Positions 1 through 9,803 of a stretch of DNA of 64,000 nucleotides are shown one piece after another. The stretch is from assembly GCA_018675685.1 (NCBI GenBank), contig JABGXP010000014.1:17288-81287 (forward strand), in the 5' to 3' direction. Made by a program: the position numbers and the translations under genes. The notes below the pieces were generated by a model. That model was not told where the DNA came from. It was given only the letters and a program-made list of their open reading frames with translations, and ran no database searches. The first letter of the stretch is position 1. Every line of letters begins with the position of its first letter. Origin of the DNA: a bacterium (GTDB lineage: Bacteria; Patescibacteriota; Minisyncoccia; Moranbacterales; DUUL01).

Positions 1-159
1 GGAATTCTAACTCGAGGGAGAATGACGAGAAAGGATTATACAAAGCAATCGATCATAACTGCTCTTATCCATCTGGAAAACGCCGAACTTTATTAATGGA
101 TAATCTGAGGTGTTGTGTGTTTTATGTTAAACATAGTTAAGCTGAAATTATATTCTTGC

Positions 160-165
160 TATAAT
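160..165 (+). promoter_or_regulatory. Candidate extended -10 promoter element (TGcTATAAT) upstream of mutM
   Basis: TG at 157-158 followed by TATAAT at 160-165, about 50 nt upstream of the mutM ATG; no good -35. Confidence 0.3.
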
Positions 166-215
166 AAATCCTAATTGCTAAGATGCTAGAACTTTAAGTA
201 ATTAGATAAGAAAAG

Positions 216-1082
216 ATGCCCGAACTTCCAGAAGTGCAAACAGTTGTTGATGATTTAAAAAAAGCGATTGTCGGTGCTACAATTGTGAGCTTCGATTCTT
301 TTTGGAAGAAAAACGTTGCTTGTGGTGTGCAGAAATTCAAAAAAGAGGTGGTTGGGAAGAAAATAGAAGATATCCAAAGAAGAGCAAAATTTATCATATT
401 TAAACTAGAAGGTGACAGTGTAATTATTCTGCACTTGCGAATGACCGGGCAATTGCTTCTAGAAAAAAGCATTTCAAAGTCCAAAAAAACAACTCTACTG
501 CCGAAAAAAAAATACATTCGACATAAATGGGAGTTGAAGAAAAACGATGAAGAATATAATTTATTATTTCATGATATTCGTAAGTTTGCCACGGTTGATT
601 GGACGGACAACATAGGAAACTATAAAAGCTTTAAAAAACTAGGAGTGGAACCATTTTCGGATGAGTTTACGGTAGCTAAGCTTGCTGTTATTTTGAAAAG
701 TAAAAGAACAATTAGGAGCGTTCTCTTAGACCAACAGTTGATTGTTGGAATTGGGAATATATATGTAAGCGAGATTCTCTTTGGAGCTGGAATTTATCCC
801 GGAAGATTGGCTGACTCTCTAACTAAGCATGAAATCAGTGAGTTATATGAAAAAATTATAACCATTTTAAGTAGAGCGATTACCCTTAGGGGAACAACAT
901 TTAGCGATTATCGTGATTCCGAAGGAAAAATTGGTGGTTTTCAAAACTTCCTGAAAGTGTATAATAAAGAGGGCAAACAGTGTGAAAAAAGAGGATGCAC
1001 GGAGATAATTCAGAAAGAAGCCTTAAATCAAAGGAGTTCGTTTTGGTGTGCCGAGTGTCAAAAAAGTATAAAAAATTATTAG
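216..1082 (+). CDS. mutM: Formamidopyrimidine-DNA glycosylase (Fpg/MutM)
   Basis: ATG at 216; N-terminus MPELPEV (catalytic Pro2-Glu3 after Met removal); H2TH region; C-terminal CxxC...CxxC zinc finger (CEKRGC...CAEC). Confidence 0.9.
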   Translation: MPELPEVQTVVDDLKKAIVGATIVSFDSFWKKNVACGVQKFKKEVVGKKIEDIQRRAKFIIFKLEGDSVIILHLRMTGQLLLEKSISKSKKTTLLPKKKYIRHKWELKKNDEEYNLLFHDIRKFATVDWTDNIGNYKSFKKLGVEPFSDEFTVAKLAVILKSKRTIRSVLLDQQLIVGIGNIYVSEILFGAGIYPGRLADSLTKHEISELYEKIITILSRAITLRGTTFSDYRDSEGKIGGFQNFLKVYNKEGKQCEKRGCTEIIQKEALNQRSSFWCAECQKSIKNY

Positions 1083-1119
1083 TTAAACAGAAACAAAAAA
1101 AATTAATCAAGATCAACAA

Positions 1120-2337
1120 ATGCCAGATAATATTTCAGGTGGAATGTATCGACCACCAGTTAGACCAGTTAGCGACTCTTTAAAAAATCAGAACAGCAAA
1201 CAAAACAAGAAGAAGATAAGCCCCATTTTTTTCTTCTTAGCGATAGTTTTATGTGTTATTGGCTTTGTCGTATGGAAGGTATACCGAGCTATGGAGGAAA
1301 GGAAAATGGGGGAGCAGATAGAGGTTATTAGCGACCCAAAGGAGGTAATAAAAGAATATCCCACTGCTAACGTTGAAGATGTTAGTCCAATCTCAGGAAT
1401 TGCTTGTGACAATTGGAATAAGAGAGCTTTTGCTGTGATGCAACCATCTGATGTTTCTGCTCGACCACTTGCCGGTTTTTCTCAGGCCGACATGGTCATT
1501 GAAATGCCAGTTCTTCCGAGTGGCAAACCAAGACTCATGGGTGTTTATATTTGTGAAGGTCCTGAAGAAGTTGGTTCATTAAGAAGTGCAAGACATGACT
1601 TTTTGCATCTTGCAAAAGGGTTGGACGCAATTTTGGTCCACTGGGGTGGCTCACAATTTGCAAAAGAAAAGTTGAATGAGGGTTTGGTTGAAAATGTAAA
1701 TTGCAACAATGATGGTGGAAAATCGGCAGCCCAGTATTGTTTTAGGAAAGAGGGTTTTGCAAAGGGCGTTGACAGTGGTTATGCCAAATTTTCTAAAATC
1801 TTAGAAGGTGCTAAAAAATTTGGCTATCGAGCTGAAAATGAATTTTCAGGGTATGCTCATCAAGGAGAAGCACCAGTTGCTGACAGAATTGACAATGGAC
1901 TTTTGAAAGTAGGGCTTGATTCTTCTTCTGGAGATTTTTATGTTGAATATGAATACGACAAAGAAACAAATTCATATCTGCGACTCTGGGCAAAAAAAGA
2001 AGATGTAGATAGGAACAATGGAAAGAGAATTGCTCCTAAGAATGTGGTTGTGTTGATTGCATCTCAGGAAATTATGATGGACGATAATAATTCTGTCTAC
2101 AACAATGTGCAGCTCGGAGATCCTTGGTATGATGAAAGCGATTCAGGTGAAGCATTTTATTATTTTAATGGACAAGAAAAGCGTGGTAAGTGGAAAAAAG
2201 ATAAAACAAGAATGGATTCGAAGATGTTGTTCCTGGATCAAAACGGAAATGAAATCAAGTTTGTTCCAGGTCAAATTTGGGTTGAAGTTCTTGAGCCTGG
2301 ACGAGCGTTGAAATGGATAACTGACGAATCATTGTAG
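1120..2337 (+). CDS. DUF3048 (YerB-like) membrane-anchored/secreted protein
   Basis: N-terminal basic region plus a single TM. The segment RAFAVMQPSDVSARPLAGFSQADMVIEMPVLPSGKPRLMGVY...VGSLRSARHDF matches the conserved DUF3048 N-domain pattern of B. subtilis YerB. Confidence 0.6.
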   Translation: MPDNISGGMYRPPVRPVSDSLKNQNSKQNKKKISPIFFFLAIVLCVIGFVVWKVYRAMEERKMGEQIEVISDPKEVIKEYPTANVEDVSPISGIACDNWNKRAFAVMQPSDVSARPLAGFSQADMVIEMPVLPSGKPRLMGVYICEGPEEVGSLRSARHDFLHLAKGLDAILVHWGGSQFAKEKLNEGLVENVNCNNDGGKSAAQYCFRKEGFAKGVDSGYAKFSKILEGAKKFGYRAENEFSGYAHQGEAPVADRIDNGLLKVGLDSSSGDFYVEYEYDKETNSYLRLWAKKEDVDRNNGKRIAPKNVVVLIASQEIMMDDNNSVYNNVQLGDPWYDESDSGEAFYYFNGQEKRGKWKKDKTRMDSKMLFLDQNGNEIKFVPGQIWVEVLEPGRALKWITDESL

Positions 2338-2383
2338 TTTTGAAATAGTTGGATTTGCAAGGGGTTTAGTATTAAGAATCGAA

Positions 2384-3358
2384 ATGATCAAATTCTATTT
2401 TGGAAATGAAAAATATTTAATTTTTCATAAATTTCAAGAACAAAAAGCAAAATTTAAGCGCGAGAACCCCAATGCACATATTGGTGAGTTTGATTTTGAG
2501 CAAGTCACAGATCTGAATCAAGTTAGGGAAGAACTTGTTTCGGGAGGTGGCTTGTTTTCATCTGAGAAAAGTATAATTCTCAAGAACGTTGGCAGTTTAA
2601 ACTCATTGGAACAAGAGCGACTTTTGGAGATGTTAAAAATATCAGAAGTTAGTGAAGGTGATGAATTAATTGTTTTCATTGTGTTGCTTGGCAAGGACAA
2701 GCTTCAAAGCAAACTGAAAGGTTTTTTAACCAGAAAATCCAAAAGGAATATTGAAAGCATTGAATTTAAAAAGAAAAAAGAAGCAGAAGTGAAAGAATGG
2801 GCTATCTCTGAATTAGAGAAAAGAAGTGATGCAAATGTTGGGATTGAAAAAAAGGGTTTGAATGAATTAGTTTTAATGATGAATGGAGATCTGTGGAGAA
2901 TTAGCAATGAGTTGGATAAACTTATTTGTTTTGTAGAGAAAGGAAAAATTGATTCAGAGGACATTCAAAGGCTTTGTAGCGGAGAAATTGAGGCAGGAAT
3001 CTTTGATTTGGTTGATGCGATTGGAGCAAAAAATCTTGAAAGAGCGATGACATTAAAAAATCGCCTAATTACTCAGGGTGATAATGAATTTTTTATATTT
3101 TCAATGATAGTTTCTCAAGTCAGAAATCTAATCAAAATTTCTGATTGTGTCACAAAAGGTATCAGTAAATCAGATCAGATTGCAAAACTGTGTAGAATCC
3201 ATCCATTCGTTGTAAAGAAAACTTTAACACAATTAAGAAGCTTTCCAATAGAGAAGCTTCGCCTTACCTATAAACTAGCGACAGATATTGACAGAGAGGC
3301 CAAAAAAGGACAACGTGACATGAAGGAAGCTCTCGATTATTTTATTGCAAAGATATAG
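2384..3358 (+). CDS. holA: DNA polymerase III delta subunit
   Basis: 324 aa. N-terminal MIKFYFGNEKYLI and the overall clamp-loader delta (HolA) architecture. Sits directly upstream of xseA. Confidence 0.7.
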   Translation: MIKFYFGNEKYLIFHKFQEQKAKFKRENPNAHIGEFDFEQVTDLNQVREELVSGGGLFSSEKSIILKNVGSLNSLEQERLLEMLKISEVSEGDELIVFIVLLGKDKLQSKLKGFLTRKSKRNIESIEFKKKKEAEVKEWAISELEKRSDANVGIEKKGLNELVLMMNGDLWRISNELDKLICFVEKGKIDSEDIQRLCSGEIEAGIFDLVDAIGAKNLERAMTLKNRLITQGDNEFFIFSMIVSQVRNLIKISDCVTKGISKSDQIAKLCRIHPFVVKKTLTQLRSFPIEKLRLTYKLATDIDREAKKGQRDMKEALDYFIAKI

Positions 3359-3375
3359 TTTTTAAAAGTATAGAA

Positions 3376-4572
3376 ATGAGTGAGATTATAGACAGAATCC
3401 CAACATTTTCAGTTTCTCAGTATGTTGGTTTTATCAACAATTTGACAGCCGCTGTGCCAGTTCTAGTTGAGGGAGAAATAAGTAACTTCAGAGATATTCC
3501 CGGAAGAAATTTTTGTTATTTTGATATTAAGGACAAAAATGCTGTTGCAAAATGTTTCCAAGGGTTTTGGCACAGTAAGAAAGTTGCACTTGAGAATGGT
3601 GCGACGGTGAAGATTTTTGGCAACCCAACCTTGCAGAAAAATGGCTCCTTAGTAATTGATGTAAGGGAGGTTTTTTTGATTGGTGATGGAGCTCTAAGAA
3701 AGCAATACCAGGAGCTTAAAGAGCGACTTGAAAAAGAAGGATTGTTTGGTTTAGAGTTTAAAAAGGAAATTCCCATTTTTCCAATTTCCATTGGCCTAAT
3801 CGCTGGGAAAAACTCTAGCGCCTACCACGACGTAGTGACTGAGATTTCTGAACGATGGGGAAATGTAGAGATCTTTTTTCATGGGGTAAAAGTCCAGGGT
3901 ATTAATGCTAGAAAAGAGATTGTGCAGGCAATTAGATATTTCAATAGACGACAAACAGTTGATGTTTTGATTGTTGCGAGAGGCGGTGGGAGTATGGAGG
4001 ATCTACAAGCTTTTGATTCAGAGGATGTAGTGAGAGAGATTTTTGCCTCTAAAATCCCGACTATCAGTGCAATCGGTCACGAAGATCATTGGACGCTTGC
4101 TGATTTTGTTGCGGATGTACGAGCAAAAACACCCACAAAGGCAGCACAGATTGCTGTGCCTGACCGAGATGAAATTTCAGATAAATTAGATTTTTTTTCA
4201 ACAAGAGTCAAAGGTTTGGTTCAAGCCAAGTTGAGCGAAGCGAAAATAAATGTAAATACTCTAAATGATAAACTACGGACGAAGATTGAGGATAAATTAG
4301 CTAGAATTAGACAGGACATTAAGTTTCAGCAAGAATCGCTTACAGTTATTGTAAAAAAGAACATAGAAGATAAGCGAAATAGACTTGAAAATCTTTGCAA
4401 AATGCTCGGAGCATTAAACCCCGAAAGTATTTTAAAGAGAGGGTACGGCGTTGTGCAAAAAAAAGGCAAAAGAATCACCGATATTGATGAAGTGAAAGTA
4501 GGGGATGAAATTTCAGTGAGGTTGCAAAATGGAGAAATAAGAAGTAAAATACAAGAAGTGAGAAGTATTTAG
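3376..4572 (+). CDS. xseA: Exodeoxyribonuclease VII large subunit
   Basis: N-terminal OB fold; catalytic core GGGSMEDLQAFDSEDVVREIFASKIPTISAIGHEDHWTLADFVADVRAKTPTKAA; C-terminal coiled coil. Confidence 0.9.
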   Translation: MSEIIDRIPTFSVSQYVGFINNLTAAVPVLVEGEISNFRDIPGRNFCYFDIKDKNAVAKCFQGFWHSKKVALENGATVKIFGNPTLQKNGSLVIDVREVFLIGDGALRKQYQELKERLEKEGLFGLEFKKEIPIFPISIGLIAGKNSSAYHDVVTEISERWGNVEIFFHGVKVQGINARKEIVQAIRYFNRRQTVDVLIVARGGGSMEDLQAFDSEDVVREIFASKIPTISAIGHEDHWTLADFVADVRAKTPTKAAQIAVPDRDEISDKLDFFSTRVKGLVQAKLSEAKINVNTLNDKLRTKIEDKLARIRQDIKFQQESLTVIVKKNIEDKRNRLENLCKMLGALNPESILKRGYGVVQKKGKRITDIDEVKVGDEISVRLQNGEIRSKIQEVRSI

Positions 4573-4608
4573 TTATAAAACAACAATGCGAGGCATTAAA
4601 TGTAAAAA

Positions 4609-4803
4609 ATGGTAAAAAAAACAGAAAGCTTCGAGGGTTTATTTAAGGAGATTCAAAAAGCAGTTGAAGATCTTGAGCAAAACAAACTTTCGGTTGACAA
4701 CGCAATGGAGAAGTATCAAGAGGCAATAAAAAAAATTGCTACAGCTCGAAAAATAATAGATAAAATGGAGACAAAAATTAGTGAAATTTCTGTTAAGCAA
4801 TAG
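4609..4803 (+). CDS. xseB: Exodeoxyribonuclease VII small subunit
   Basis: 64-aa helical protein FEGLFKEIQKAVEDLEQNKLSVDNAMEKYQEAIK, immediately downstream of xseA. Confidence 0.85.
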   Translation: MVKKTESFEGLFKEIQKAVEDLEQNKLSVDNAMEKYQEAIKKIATARKIIDKMETKISEISVKQ

Positions 4804-4830
4804 GAAGGTTAAAAGTTTTAAGTTAATAAT

Positions 4831-6333
4831 ATGGGAAAATATCGTCCAACAATTGGAATGGAAGTTCATGTTGAACTTGCAACAAAGAGTAAGATGTTTT
4901 GTGGGTGTAAGAATGGGATGGGGCAAGAAAAAAGTCCAAATAAAAATATTTGTCCAGTTTGTACTGGTCAACCAGGCGCAATACCAGTACCAAATGCACA
5001 AGCAATTGAATTTACAATTCAGGCTGGTTTGGCTTTGGATTGTCATATCGCAAAAGAGTCTAAATTCGACAGGAAAAATTATTTCTATCCAGACTTGCCG
5101 AAAGGTTATCAAATTTCTCAATTTGATAAACCGATTTGCTCTCGTGGTAGCTTGAAGTTTACGCTTAAGAGTGATGATGGAACTGTGGTGGGGACTGAAA
5201 AAGTTGGAATTACAAGGATTCATCTCGAGGAAGATACTGGAAAATTGGTTCATGAAGGTAAAAACACATTAGTCGATTTCAATCGAGCTTGTGTGCCACT
5301 TATGGAACTTGTAACAGATCCGGATATCAACTCTGCTGCAGAGGCAAAGCGTTTTTGTGAAGATCTAAGATTACTTTTTAGATATCTGGGAATTTCTCCA
5401 GCTGATATGGAAAAGGGGCAGATGCGTTGCGAGGCTAATATTTCTTTGTATGAAGTGGGAAAGGATCCACTCTCAGGAACCAAGGTTGAATTGAAGAATT
5501 TAAATTCTTTTAGAGCTGTTGAGCGAGGAATAGAATATGAGATTGAAAGACAAACAGAGGTTTTAACAAGTGGTGGTGTTGTTCACCAAGAAACAAGAGG
5601 TTGGGATGAGAAAAAAGGAAGAACCTTTCTTCAGAGAAGCAAGGAGGATGCACATGACTATAGATATTTTCCAGAACCAGATATTGCTCCATTTAAATTG
5701 GAGGAGTCATATGTGGAATTGTTAAGAGAAAAATTGCCAGAGCTTCCAACAGAAAAAAGAAATCGATTTGTAGAGCAATTTGGTTTAAAATTAGAAAATG
5801 CTAGCATTTTGGTTGTGAATAAGGAATTGGCTGAATATTTTGAAAATGTCGCCAGTGAGTTGGAAAATTGGATGAAAGAAGAAGGGCACAGCTTTAATGA
5901 AGAGGATACGAAGAAACTCTTTAGGCTCGCTGCTAACTATATTCTCACGGAACTTTCTAGGAGAATTTCAGATACTGAGGGAGGAATGAAAGATTTTAAA
6001 ATTTCAGCGGAGAATTTTGCAGAACTTATTAAAATTGTATACGAAGGGGAGATCAATTCATCTGCAGCACAGACAGTACTCGGAGTGATGTTTGAAACCG
6101 GGGCTGATCCATCTCATGTCGTTGAAGAAAAAGGCTTAGCGCAAACCTCAGATGAGGGTGAACTAGGAGATATTATTGAAAAAATTATTACAGATAATTC
6201 TGGTCCGACGGAGGACTATAAAAATGGGAAGGAGAATGCAATTAAATTCTTAGTGGGGCAAGTAATGGCTGCTACTAAAGGCTCAGCAAACCCACAAGTT
6301 GTGAAAAAGGTGTTGATGGAGAAATTGAGCTAG
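4831..6333 (+). CDS. gatB: Asp-tRNA(Asn)/Glu-tRNA(Gln) amidotransferase subunit B
   Basis: N-terminus MGKYRPTIGMEVHVELATKSKMFCGC; the CxxC-containing GatB catalytic domain; C-terminal GatB/YqeY domain. Confidence 0.95.
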   Translation: MGKYRPTIGMEVHVELATKSKMFCGCKNGMGQEKSPNKNICPVCTGQPGAIPVPNAQAIEFTIQAGLALDCHIAKESKFDRKNYFYPDLPKGYQISQFDKPICSRGSLKFTLKSDDGTVVGTEKVGITRIHLEEDTGKLVHEGKNTLVDFNRACVPLMELVTDPDINSAAEAKRFCEDLRLLFRYLGISPADMEKGQMRCEANISLYEVGKDPLSGTKVELKNLNSFRAVERGIEYEIERQTEVLTSGGVVHQETRGWDEKKGRTFLQRSKEDAHDYRYFPEPDIAPFKLEESYVELLREKLPELPTEKRNRFVEQFGLKLENASILVVNKELAEYFENVASELENWMKEEGHSFNEEDTKKLFRLAANYILTELSRRISDTEGGMKDFKISAENFAELIKIVYEGEINSSAAQTVLGVMFETGADPSHVVEEKGLAQTSDEGELGDIIEKIITDNSGPTEDYKNGKENAIKFLVGQVMAATKGSANPQVVKKVLMEKLS

Positions 6334-6424
6334 CAGAACCCTCAATATGTTCAGTCGTATACCAGCTTATACCGTAGAACTAAAAAGCTTTTTGAAGAAT
6401 TTGAATAAAAGTTAAAATAAAAAA

Positions 6425-6958
6425 ATGGAAAATCAAAACCAAACAGGGGAAGAAGAGGCTTTGGCTAAACCTAGAAGCGAAGATTTTTTGGATAGTAATA
6501 AGAAGTTGCCGCAATCAACAAGCCATCAGGATGATGGGAAAAAAAACGTAGCTTTTAAACAAAAAACTCATAAAGATTTGCACGCGGAAAATGCCGAATT
6601 CCAACAAACAATGCATTCTCAAAATGCAAAACAAGCATATTATATTCCAGACGGTGTCCCAGATGAATTAGTAGAAGATCTAAGCGGATCAAAAGCCAGA
6701 TCAAAGGGTATTATCTCAATTGTTTGCGCAGTGATTTCTCTGGTATTTTTCCCTCCAGTTTTTGGTTTTATCGGAGTATCTTTCGGAGTGAAAGCGAGAA
6801 AATTAGGAGCCAAAACACTCGGGTCAGTTGGAATTATTCTTTCCTCGGTGTTTATGGGCGTTGGAATTGCATTAAGTAGTTGGTATTTCAATTCCGAAAA
6901 AGCAAGTGGAGAGGAACTTATAGGCGGAACAGTTGGTTTGTTTTTGAAACTTTTTTAA
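6425..6958 (+). CDS. DUF4190-like small membrane protein
   Basis: Polar Q/K-rich N-terminus, then two hydrophobic helices (GIISIVCAVISLVFFPPVFGFIGVSFGVKARKLGAKTLGSVGIILSSVFMGVGIA). Preceded by the A-rich start context TAAAATAAAAAAATG. Confidence 0.45.
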   Translation: MENQNQTGEEEALAKPRSEDFLDSNKKLPQSTSHQDDGKKNVAFKQKTHKDLHAENAEFQQTMHSQNAKQAYYIPDGVPDELVEDLSGSKARSKGIISIVCAVISLVFFPPVFGFIGVSFGVKARKLGAKTLGSVGIILSSVFMGVGIALSSWYFNSEKASGEELIGGTVGLFLKLF

Positions 6959-6973
6959 TTTCAATTTATAGAT

Positions 6974-7780
6974 ATGTCTTGGATGATATTTATAGTTTAT
7001 TTTGTTGTTGTGATTTTGCCAGTTGTTTTTTGGTTTAAGTTTTTTCGTCATCAAGACAGAGCTGAGCCTGAACCGAAGAAGCTGCTTTTTAAAGTATTTC
7101 TTGGTGGAATCCCAGTTGTGGCACTTGCTAGTGTCGCCGAAGGTATTTTGGAAGGAGTTTTTTTTCCTCAAATATCAACCAAATTAGCAGAAACAGTAGG
7201 AGGAGGCATTCAAGATTTCGTAGGTTCACCCGAACAACTTTTTGGCTTTTTGGCTATATATTTTTTAGCTGGTCCAGTTGAGGAGTTCATGAAGTTTTTT
7301 GTTTTAAAACAATTAGTGTATCGAAAGATTGCCTTCAATCAGGTTGCGGATGGTTTGATTTATGCAGTGACAATTGCACTTAGCTTTTCTTTAATTGAAA
7401 ATTCAATTTACTTTTTCAATATATTAGATGAAATGTCGCTTTCTTTTGATTTTATCGCTATTGTGGTAATTCGTGGGGTGATAACAACAATGTTACATGT
7501 GTTAGCTGCGGCAATTATGGGTTTGTATCTTGGACGGGCAAAATTTGCTAAGAAGAATAAAAAGAAACTTATAGTCAAAGGAGTTGTCATCGCGGCAATG
7601 GTTCACGGAACTTATAACGTTGCAATCTTCCTTTCTTTTGGGATGTTGGTTAATATTTTTTTACTAGCAGTTTGTTTTAGATATATCATGAGAGAACTAA
7701 AGACGGAAGAATCACGCATGGTTTGGCGTCTGGTTATACCAAAAGAAGAAGTTATAAGCTCAGACAGTGAGTTAGGATGA
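6974..7780 (+). CDS. PrsW-family intramembrane metalloprotease
   Basis: Multi-TM protein with PrsW-like conserved motifs (GPVEEFMKF; SLIENSIYFF; HGTYN). Confidence 0.55.
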   Translation: MSWMIFIVYFVVVILPVVFWFKFFRHQDRAEPEPKKLLFKVFLGGIPVVALASVAEGILEGVFFPQISTKLAETVGGGIQDFVGSPEQLFGFLAIYFLAGPVEEFMKFFVLKQLVYRKIAFNQVADGLIYAVTIALSFSLIENSIYFFNILDEMSLSFDFIAIVVIRGVITTMLHVLAAAIMGLYLGRAKFAKKNKKKLIVKGVVIAAMVHGTYNVAIFLSFGMLVNIFLLAVCFRYIMRELKTEESRMVWRLVIPKEEVISSDSELG

Positions 7781-7939
7781 ACAGTGCTATAGGAAAAATA
7801 AAAAGAATAGCCGAGAGCTCTTTTTTCGATAGATAAATTAAGTAAAAAATAAAAAAGATTCCTAATTTTTTTAGGTTGAATTTTTTGTATAGCTAAGCTA
7901 TAATTGGAGCAACTATTAAAAATTAGTAAAGCCAAGAAA

Positions 7940-9772
7940 ATGTTTACAGCCGATGAATTGAGGGAAAAGTATCTGGAGTTTTTTAAAGAAAAGAATCATG
8001 CCATTATTCCTTCAGCCTCAATTGTTCCAGAAAATGATCCAACAACACTTTTTATCACGGCTGGAATGCACCCCTTGGTGCCATATCTAATGGGCGAAAA
8101 ACACCCGCAAGGAACACGTCTTGTGGATACTCAAAAATGTATTCGCACGATTGATATTGATGAGGTTGGTGACACTACCCACCATACATTTTTTGAGATG
8201 TTGGGAAATTGGTCACTTGGGGACTATTTTAAAAAAGAGGCAATCGCTTGGAGTTGGGAATTTTTGACTGACGAAAAGTGGCTTGGATTAGATAAAAATC
8301 GAATTGCCGTTTCTGTTTTTGAGGGAGAAAACAAAGGGAAGGACAATGAAATTCCTTTTGACAAGGAGGCGTATGGAGTATGGAAGGAAATCTTTGAAAA
8401 AAATAATTTACCAATAGAAAGAATTACTCGACTTGATCGAGAGGCTAATTGGTGGGGACCAGCAGGAGAGACAGGCCCTTGTGGACCAGACAGTGAAATG
8501 TTCTATTGGGTTGGTGACGAAAAGAATGTCCCAGAAAGCTTTAATGATGATAATGATTCGTGGGTTGAAATTTGGAACGATGTCTTTATGGAGTATCACA
8601 AAAATGAAAAAGGCGAATATGTGAAGATGGAAAAACAAAACGTGGACACCGGAATGGGGCTTATCCGAGTCCTAGCAGCACTTAACGGTTTGGACGACAA
8701 TTATAAAACAAGTTTGTTCGTGCCGATCATTGAGAAAATAGAGAAACTTTCTGGTTTTGAATATGGGGATGGAACGGATGAAGAATGTGTTCAGGAGAAA
8801 GGTCAGTGTTGGGTAGACACTAGAAAATCAATGCGAATTATCGCTGATCATATCAAGGCTGCAGTCTTTATGATTGCTGATGGCGTGGAGCCGGCTAATT
8901 CTGACAGAGGTTATATCTTGCGACGGTTGATTAGACGGGCTGTGAGACAAGGGCATGTGATTGGAGTTGAAGAGAATTTTACAGTTAGTATAGCAATCGT
9001 TGTCCAGGGGTTATATGAAAATATTTTCCCAGAAGTGCTGAACAAAAAAGTTTTAGCGGAACTAGAGAAAGAGGAAGAGAAATTTAGAAAAAGTCTTGAA
9101 AATGGTTTGAAGAAATTCGAAAAAGTTAAAAGTGGTTTAACAGGGAAAGTAGCCTTTGATTTATTTCAAACATATGGATTTCCGATTGAAATGATCAAGG
9201 AAGAAGCCAAATTAAAACAAATTAAGTTTACTGAAAATGAAGAGAGGGAATTTGAGGCGGCACTTAAAAAACATCAAGAGCTTTCAAGAACAGCATCTGC
9301 TGGAATGTTTAAAGGTGGCTTGGCTGACACAGGAGAAGAGACGAGGCAATTGCACACAGTAGCTCATTTGATGCTTTCAGGGCTTCGAAAAGTTCTTGGG
9401 GAGCACGTGCATCAAAGAGGTTCTAATATTAATGGTGAGCGGGTTCGTTTTGATTTTTCGCATGGCGAGAAAATGACGGATGAGGAAAAGAAGGCAGTTG
9501 AGAATTATGTAAATGAGGCAATCGAGGCAAAAATTCCTGTTCAAATGAGTGAAATGAGCGTTGACGAAGCGAAAACAAAAGGTGCAGAAGGTGCATTTGA
9601 GAATAAATATGGAGATGTGGTTAAAGTTTTTGCAGTTGGTGAGTACTCGACGGAGATTTGTGGAGGACCACATGTTGAAAATACTGCTGATATCAAGGGT
9701 AGATTTAAGATTAAAAAAGAACAAAGTTCAAGCAGTGGAGTGCGGAGAATAAAAGCTATTTTAGAGAGATAG
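7940..9772 (+). CDS. alaS: Alanine--tRNA ligase, short form without the C-terminal C-Ala/DHHA1 region
   Basis: The track ORF starts at a TTG at 7904; the ATG at 7940 gives MFTADELREKYLEFF, aligning with AlaRS N-termini. Class II catalytic core; editing domain with HTVAHLM...H and GGPHV motifs; the ORF stops right after the editing domain. Confidence 0.9.
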   Translation: MFTADELREKYLEFFKEKNHAIIPSASIVPENDPTTLFITAGMHPLVPYLMGEKHPQGTRLVDTQKCIRTIDIDEVGDTTHHTFFEMLGNWSLGDYFKKEAIAWSWEFLTDEKWLGLDKNRIAVSVFEGENKGKDNEIPFDKEAYGVWKEIFEKNNLPIERITRLDREANWWGPAGETGPCGPDSEMFYWVGDEKNVPESFNDDNDSWVEIWNDVFMEYHKNEKGEYVKMEKQNVDTGMGLIRVLAALNGLDDNYKTSLFVPIIEKIEKLSGFEYGDGTDEECVQEKGQCWVDTRKSMRIIADHIKAAVFMIADGVEPANSDRGYILRRLIRRAVRQGHVIGVEENFTVSIAIVVQGLYENIFPEVLNKKVLAELEKEEEKFRKSLENGLKKFEKVKSGLTGKVAFDLFQTYGFPIEMIKEEAKLKQIKFTENEEREFEAALKKHQELSRTASAGMFKGGLADTGEETRQLHTVAHLMLSGLRKVLGEHVHQRGSNINGERVRFDFSHGEKMTDEEKKAVENYVNEAIEAKIPVQMSEMSVDEAKTKGAEGAFENKYGDVVKVFAVGEYSTEICGGPHVENTADIKGRFKIKKEQSSSSGVRRIKAILER

Positions 9773-9803
9773 GAATTTTTTGAGGATAATTATATATAAA
9801 AAT

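Noticed and set aside
2-7. EcoRI site (GAATTC) at the very start of the window and again at 30598
   Set aside because: Considered as a cloning-junction signature, but a 6-mer is expected to occur by chance roughly every 4 kb; not informative.
1-96. Open reading frame running from the window start to a TAA at 94-96 (…MTRKDYTKQSIITALIHLENAELY*)
   Set aside because: Only 31 codons are visible and no motif is recognisable; it could be the 3' end of an upstream gene, but it cannot be supported.
4639-5253. 204-aa minus-strand ORF inside gatB
   Set aside because: It lies entirely within the well-supported gatB coding sequence on the opposite strand; low-complexity product.
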